Source: Promethearchaeia archaeon
Lineage (GTDB): Archaea; Asgardarchaeota; Lokiarchaeia; Sigyniarchaeales; SOKP01
Direction: 5' to 3'
NCBI GenBank assembly: GCA_029856045.1
Contig: JAHQWG010000025.1
Span: forward strand, 1 to 64,000
DNA length: 64,000 nucleotides
Below, piece after piece: positions 59,891-64,000 of this stretch. The notes beneath the pieces are model-generated. The model was given only the letters and a program-made list of their open reading frames with translations, searched no databases and was not told the DNA's origin. Position 1 is the stretch's first letter, and every line of letters starts with the position of its first letter. A program made the translations under genes and the position numbers.

Positions 59891-60838
59891 ATGACAGTTA
59901 TTATTCCAAAAAAAGCATATTTAACAATTGTTGCATCAGCAGTTAGATTTGCTAATGCACGAATACCAAAAGATGATTGGTTGGAAGTTAGTGGTGTAGT
60001 AATTGGTAAGAATGTTGGTGATGATGTGTTAATCTCAGCCGTATATCCAATCATGCATCAAGAATTAGATAAGGATGCAGTGATTGATCAATATAAATGG
60101 AAAGATGAAGATTATGAAGCACTGTCTATAATTGATGATGAGGCATTTTCGAGAGAAGAATTCACCGTTGGATGGTTTCATAGTCACCCCGGTTTTAAAG
60201 TAATGATGTCACATATCGATATCAGAACAACATTAAGCTATCAAACAAATAATCCTTTAGCGATTTCATTAGTATTTAACCATATGAGATTAATAAAACA
60301 AATCGAATTGCCTGATAAAAAAGGAGACCCTGATATCCCTTTAGAAAACGATCCGGGTTTTAAAATTTTTCGATTAGATGAAGTAAGAGGAATTGAAGCA
60401 AGTTATCATCCTATCGATTTTAAAATAGAAGGATATGAGAGTATACAACAATTAATTCAAACAACCCAAGCTTTTGTTGTCGATGTAACAAATATACTCC
60501 CTAAAGAAGGCTTAATCGAGTCATATCAGAATCAAGTGAATAAATCAATAGAGGAATTAAATTCTCAATTAATTGGAACAGAGGAATATCTCAAAACACT
60601 TGCAAGAGAGGGAGCAACTTCGAGGATTCCAGAAGTTCTTTTGAACCAAACTAGGGATATAAATAAATTTGTTGAAAGAGTAAATAAAAAAATTGAGAAA
60701 ATGAAAGAATTCTTAGATTACTTAGAGTATAAAGAAAGAGAATTAATTTTACATCAAGTTTTAGACGTAATTAATCAATGGGAACAAAAAGTAGAAAATT
60801 TAGAAACTGATTTACGTGTATTATCTCAGAAATTTTAA
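59891..60838 (+). CDS. JAMM/MPN metalloprotease with a helical C-terminus
   Basis: EVSGVVIG; GWFHSHPGFKVMMSHID. Confidence 0.87.
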   Translation: MTVIIPKKAYLTIVASAVRFANARIPKDDWLEVSGVVIGKNVGDDVLISAVYPIMHQELDKDAVIDQYKWKDEDYEALSIIDDEAFSREEFTVGWFHSHPGFKVMMSHIDIRTTLSYQTNNPLAISLVFNHMRLIKQIELPDKKGDPDIPLENDPGFKIFRLDEVRGIEASYHPIDFKIEGYESIQQLIQTTQAFVVDVTNILPKEGLIESYQNQVNKSIEELNSQLIGTEEYLKTLAREGATSRIPEVLLNQTRDINKFVERVNKKIEKMKEFLDYLEYKERELILHQVLDVINQWEQKVENLETDLRVLSQKF

Positions 60839-60971
60839 TAAATAAAATGTATATTCGCGTTCTATCTCAACTCTTTCAATGATTATTTGTATGAAAAGTT
60901 ATATAAATTATATGGGTTTTATTTTCTTAATTTAGAAGTTTTTGGACAATTATATAGCTGATTTTAACTAG

Positions 60972-63173
60972 ATGAAAAAAATCAATTTTCCTTTTACGGC
61001 GATAATAGGGCATGAAAAAATGAGAATTGCATTAATTCTCAACGTTATTGATCCTTTTATTGGAGGTGTTCTTTTATCAGGTCATCGTGGTACAGGAAAA
61101 TCTACAGCAGTCCGTTCTCTTATAGATATAATGCCCGAAATCAAAGTTATAAAAGAATGCTCTTTTAATTGTGATCCTGATTCTAATCTTGAAGATTTAT
61201 GTGAGATTTGTCTTGAAAAAGTCAAAAGTAGCAACTTTGAAGTAGAAATAAGACAGATGAAACTTGTTAATCTTCCATTAGGGGCTACAGAGGATATGGT
61301 TTGTGGAAGCTTGGACATAGAACGAGTCTTAGCGGAAGGAATAAGAAGCCTTCATGCTGGTTTATTAGCAAAAGCACATAGAGGGATTTTATATATAGAT
61401 GAGGTAAATCTTTTACAAGATCATATAGTAGATACGCTATTGGATGCTTCTGCATCAGGGGTAAACATCATTGAGAGAGAAGGAATTTCAGTAATGCATC
61501 CTTCAAGATTTATTTTAGTTGGTTCAATGAATCCAGACGAGGGAGATTTACGACCCCAGATTGCAGATCGTTTTGGTTTAGAAGTAAAAATTGTAGCACC
61601 TTCAGATCCAAAAGTAAGAGCTGAAATTACTAAAAGAGTCATAGATTTTTATGATAATCCGAAAGAATTCATTATACAATATCAAAATAACCAAAAACAA
61701 TTAAAACAGAGAATAATTCAAGCCCGAATGATATTGAAAGATGTAAAAGTTTCTGACCGAATTTTCCAATTTGTATCAGAAGTTGTAAGTGAATTAGGTA
61801 TTTTTTCACAGAGAGCTGATATTTCATTTATTCGGTGTGCTCGAGCAAATGCAGCTTTTAATAATAGAACTTATATTCTAAATGAGGATTTAGAAATTGC
61901 TTTAGATCTTGTTTTTGAGCATAGGATGGAATCAATTGATGCAACAATGACAGCAAAAGAGATAAAAGGCAAAATTATCGATGCTTATGGAAAAATTCAA
62001 GAAGCCTATGAGAACTTAGACGTTTACAAACCAAATGAAGAGACTGAAGGTCCTTTAAAATCCACTGATGAACCACAAGAGCAGTTTAAAAGAAATCCAA
62101 TAGATAAAGATAAAATTAATTTACCAGAAACTAAAGAACAAAAACTTCCTCCTCCAAAAGAAGAGGATAAAAACCATAAATATGATCCTGCAGGTGGTTG
62201 GAAAGTTAAGAGATTGCCATCTAAGGAATTTTATAATAATAGAGAAGATAAACCTATTAATTTGCAAAAATTTGCATATAAATTGGAGGATAAGATAATT
62301 TCAATTTTGAACAACATCAGAAATACTAAGAGAATATCAAATTTTGGTGGTCGAGGCGTAGGAAACAGAACAAGATTTACTTCAAGCAAAAAGGGGCATT
62401 ATAGTTCTTTCCGAAGACCACTAGAATATCCTAGAAATATAGCATTAGATGCTTCTATTAGAAGCTATTTAAAAAATTTGACCTATAATCCTACTAAAAT
62501 TGAATTTCCATTAAAATTAGATAAAACTGATATAATGGAAAAGGTTTTTGAATTTAAAGCACCTTTAGCTTTATTCTTTATTTTAGATGCTTCCGCATCT
62601 ATGTATAGTGTTTTAAAGCAAATGACAAATGTAATCGAGGCACTCCAGAGAGAAGGTTATAAGAAAAAGGATAAAATATGTATTATTATGTTCCGTGGTA
62701 AAGATGCGATTGTACTTCAAAAACCAACTGTCGCATTAAGAAATGCACTTAGTAAAATCAAAAATATTGAAGGTAAATCATATACACCCATGGCTTTTGC
62801 ACTAAATAAATGTTTGGAGATGATAAACATTGAGAAAATGAGAAACCGAAACATTTTTCCTGTCATATTTATTTGTAGCGACTGTGGTGCAAATATCTCT
62901 TATACTCATCCTGATCTAGTTGCTCAAATTGAATCAGACTATAATTTGATTACTAAGGAATTAAAAGATATTGCAAAAATTATAGCAAAAAGAAAAATAA
63001 AAGTGGTAATATTAGAACCCAGAAAATCTTGGGCTACAAAAAATTTGGGAATTCATCCATTTTCCGCAGAAGAAATAAAAAAGAATTTTAGACAATACTG
63101 TAAAGCAGATATTTTTAAATTCAATGAGATTGACCCAACCCAAACAATCCTTAAATTAAAGAGAGTTCTTTGA
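60972..63173 (+). CDS. Magnesium-chelatase ChlI/ChlD-like AAA+ ATPase fused to a VWA domain
   Basis: FPFTAIIG, GHRGTGKST, LPLGATED, ILYIDEVNLL, NIIEREG, DRFG; MIDAS DASASM. Confidence 0.88.
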   Translation: MKKINFPFTAIIGHEKMRIALILNVIDPFIGGVLLSGHRGTGKSTAVRSLIDIMPEIKVIKECSFNCDPDSNLEDLCEICLEKVKSSNFEVEIRQMKLVNLPLGATEDMVCGSLDIERVLAEGIRSLHAGLLAKAHRGILYIDEVNLLQDHIVDTLLDASASGVNIIEREGISVMHPSRFILVGSMNPDEGDLRPQIADRFGLEVKIVAPSDPKVRAEITKRVIDFYDNPKEFIIQYQNNQKQLKQRIIQARMILKDVKVSDRIFQFVSEVVSELGIFSQRADISFIRCARANAAFNNRTYILNEDLEIALDLVFEHRMESIDATMTAKEIKGKIIDAYGKIQEAYENLDVYKPNEETEGPLKSTDEPQEQFKRNPIDKDKINLPETKEQKLPPPKEEDKNHKYDPAGGWKVKRLPSKEFYNNREDKPINLQKFAYKLEDKIISILNNIRNTKRISNFGGRGVGNRTRFTSSKKGHYSSFRRPLEYPRNIALDASIRSYLKNLTYNPTKIEFPLKLDKTDIMEKVFEFKAPLALFFILDASASMYSVLKQMTNVIEALQREGYKKKDKICIIMFRGKDAIVLQKPTVALRNALSKIKNIEGKSYTPMAFALNKCLEMINIEKMRNRNIFPVIFICSDCGANISYTHPDLVAQIESDYNLITKELKDIAKIIAKRKIKVVILEPRKSWATKNLGIHPFSAEEIKKNFRQYCKADIFKFNEIDPTQTILKLKRVL

Positions 63174-63200
63174 TCAATAATGATTTAAATTTATTTGAAG

Positions 63201-64000
63201 ATGATTAATAAAAAAAAGAAAGTTCTTATCTCAGGTTTTAATGCTCGACCTTTATCTAAATCGTTATATAATTCAAATTATGAAGTATATGCTGTAGATT
63301 TTTTTGGAGATTCAGACTTATTTCCTTATATTAAGGATGCTTTAATTATTACTAAAGAATTGAAAACCAATTTTCAAAAATTAAAATTCATTTACAGTAA
63401 TGTTTTAACGGATTTAACCCTTCAAATGATTGAGAAATATCCCTATTTAGATTATTTAATAATAGCAAGTGGTTTAGACGATAATATTATTGGGCGAGAA
63501 AAAATTTTTAAGAAAATTAAGAAATTAAATCATCCAATTCGATATTTAGGTAATAATATAAACCAAATTATAAAGGCAAGAGATATCTTAAGTATTAATT
63601 TAATTTTAGAACAAATGGGATACAAAGTTCCTAAGACTTTAACTTTTAATTGTGATTTAATTGATAATAATCTAATAAATTATCCAATTATTTTGAAAAA
63701 AAAACAAAGCTCTGGCGGTTTAAATATTTTTAAAATTAATTCTAAAGCTCATTTATTAAGTATTGTTAAAAATAATGAAGAATTTGATGAAAATTCTGAA
63801 AATTGGTTATTTCAAGAGTACATAGATGGAATTGATGTTAGTTGCACGACGATCAGCAATGAAGTTGATGCAAAAATTATTTCAATAAATGAGCAGTTAA
63901 TTGGAAAAGAATTTTTAAATGCACCAAGTGAATTTATATATTGTGGTAACATTGTTCCTGCAGATCTTAATTTTTCTCTTCAGAATAAAATTTCAGAAAT
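63201..64000 (+). CDS. ATP-grasp family protein, 5' part; runs off the window
   Basis: Not in the ORF track. MINKKKKVLISGFNARPL...VYAVDFFGD.DL...LGN...P.ILK....SGG...QEYIDG...S...YCGN. Confidence 0.8.
   Translation, partial: MINKKKKVLISGFNARPLSKSLYNSNYEVYAVDFFGDSDLFPYIKDALIITKELKTNFQKLKFIYSNVLTDLTLQMIEKYPYLDYLIIASGLDDNIIGREKIFKKIKKLNHPIRYLGNNINQIIKARDILSINLILEQMGYKVPKTLTFNCDLIDNNLINYPIILKKKQSSGGLNIFKINSKAHLLSIVKNNEEFDENSENWLFQEYIDGIDVSCTTISNEVDAKIISINEQLIGKEFLNAPSEFIYCGNIVPADLNFSLQNKISE

Noticed and set aside
60972-63173. Chelatase-like gene as evidence of chlorophyll synthesis
   Set aside because: ChlI/ChlD-like AAA-VWA proteins are common in non-phototrophic archaea and no large subunit is in the window

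Overview
Very AT-rich archaeal DNA, most likely from an Asgard (Loki/Hel-type) archaeon. This is inferred from the Rpn11-like JAMM proteins, mre11-rad50-herA-nurA, the GSGTxxDPY beta-helix surface protein and archaeal TATA/poly-T signals. The left part holds housekeeping genes, followed by a ~14 kb sugar/glycoside catabolic island (6555-20310). The island encodes TrmB and TetR regulators, an MDR dehydrogenase, a GPH/MFS symporter, two Gfo/Idh/MocA oxidoreductases, three xylose-isomerase-like TIM barrels, a PIG-L deacetylase, an amidohydrolase and two paralogous unknown ~85-aa proteins. Six of its promoters carry the same 24-bp imperfect palindrome (ideal form ATTCAGTCACAATTGTGACTGAAT) at a fixed 2-nt distance from a TATA-like box, which points to a dedicated regulon. 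A patchwork of short unrelated gene fragments follows (LamG, alpha/beta hydrolase, glycyl-radical enzyme, PEP synthase). The right part has three AAA+/VWA modules, smc-scpB, cooC, a tandem pair of JAMM + coiled-coil proteins plus a third JAMM, a class II RNR with an HNH-bearing intein, and mre11-rad50-herA-nurA. Two single-gene insertions (a methyltransferase and an orphan Imm63-like immunity gene) are each bracketed by a duplicated end of the neighbouring gene. I saw no rRNA, tRNA or CRISPR array. All family calls come from reading motifs by eye; no database searches were run.
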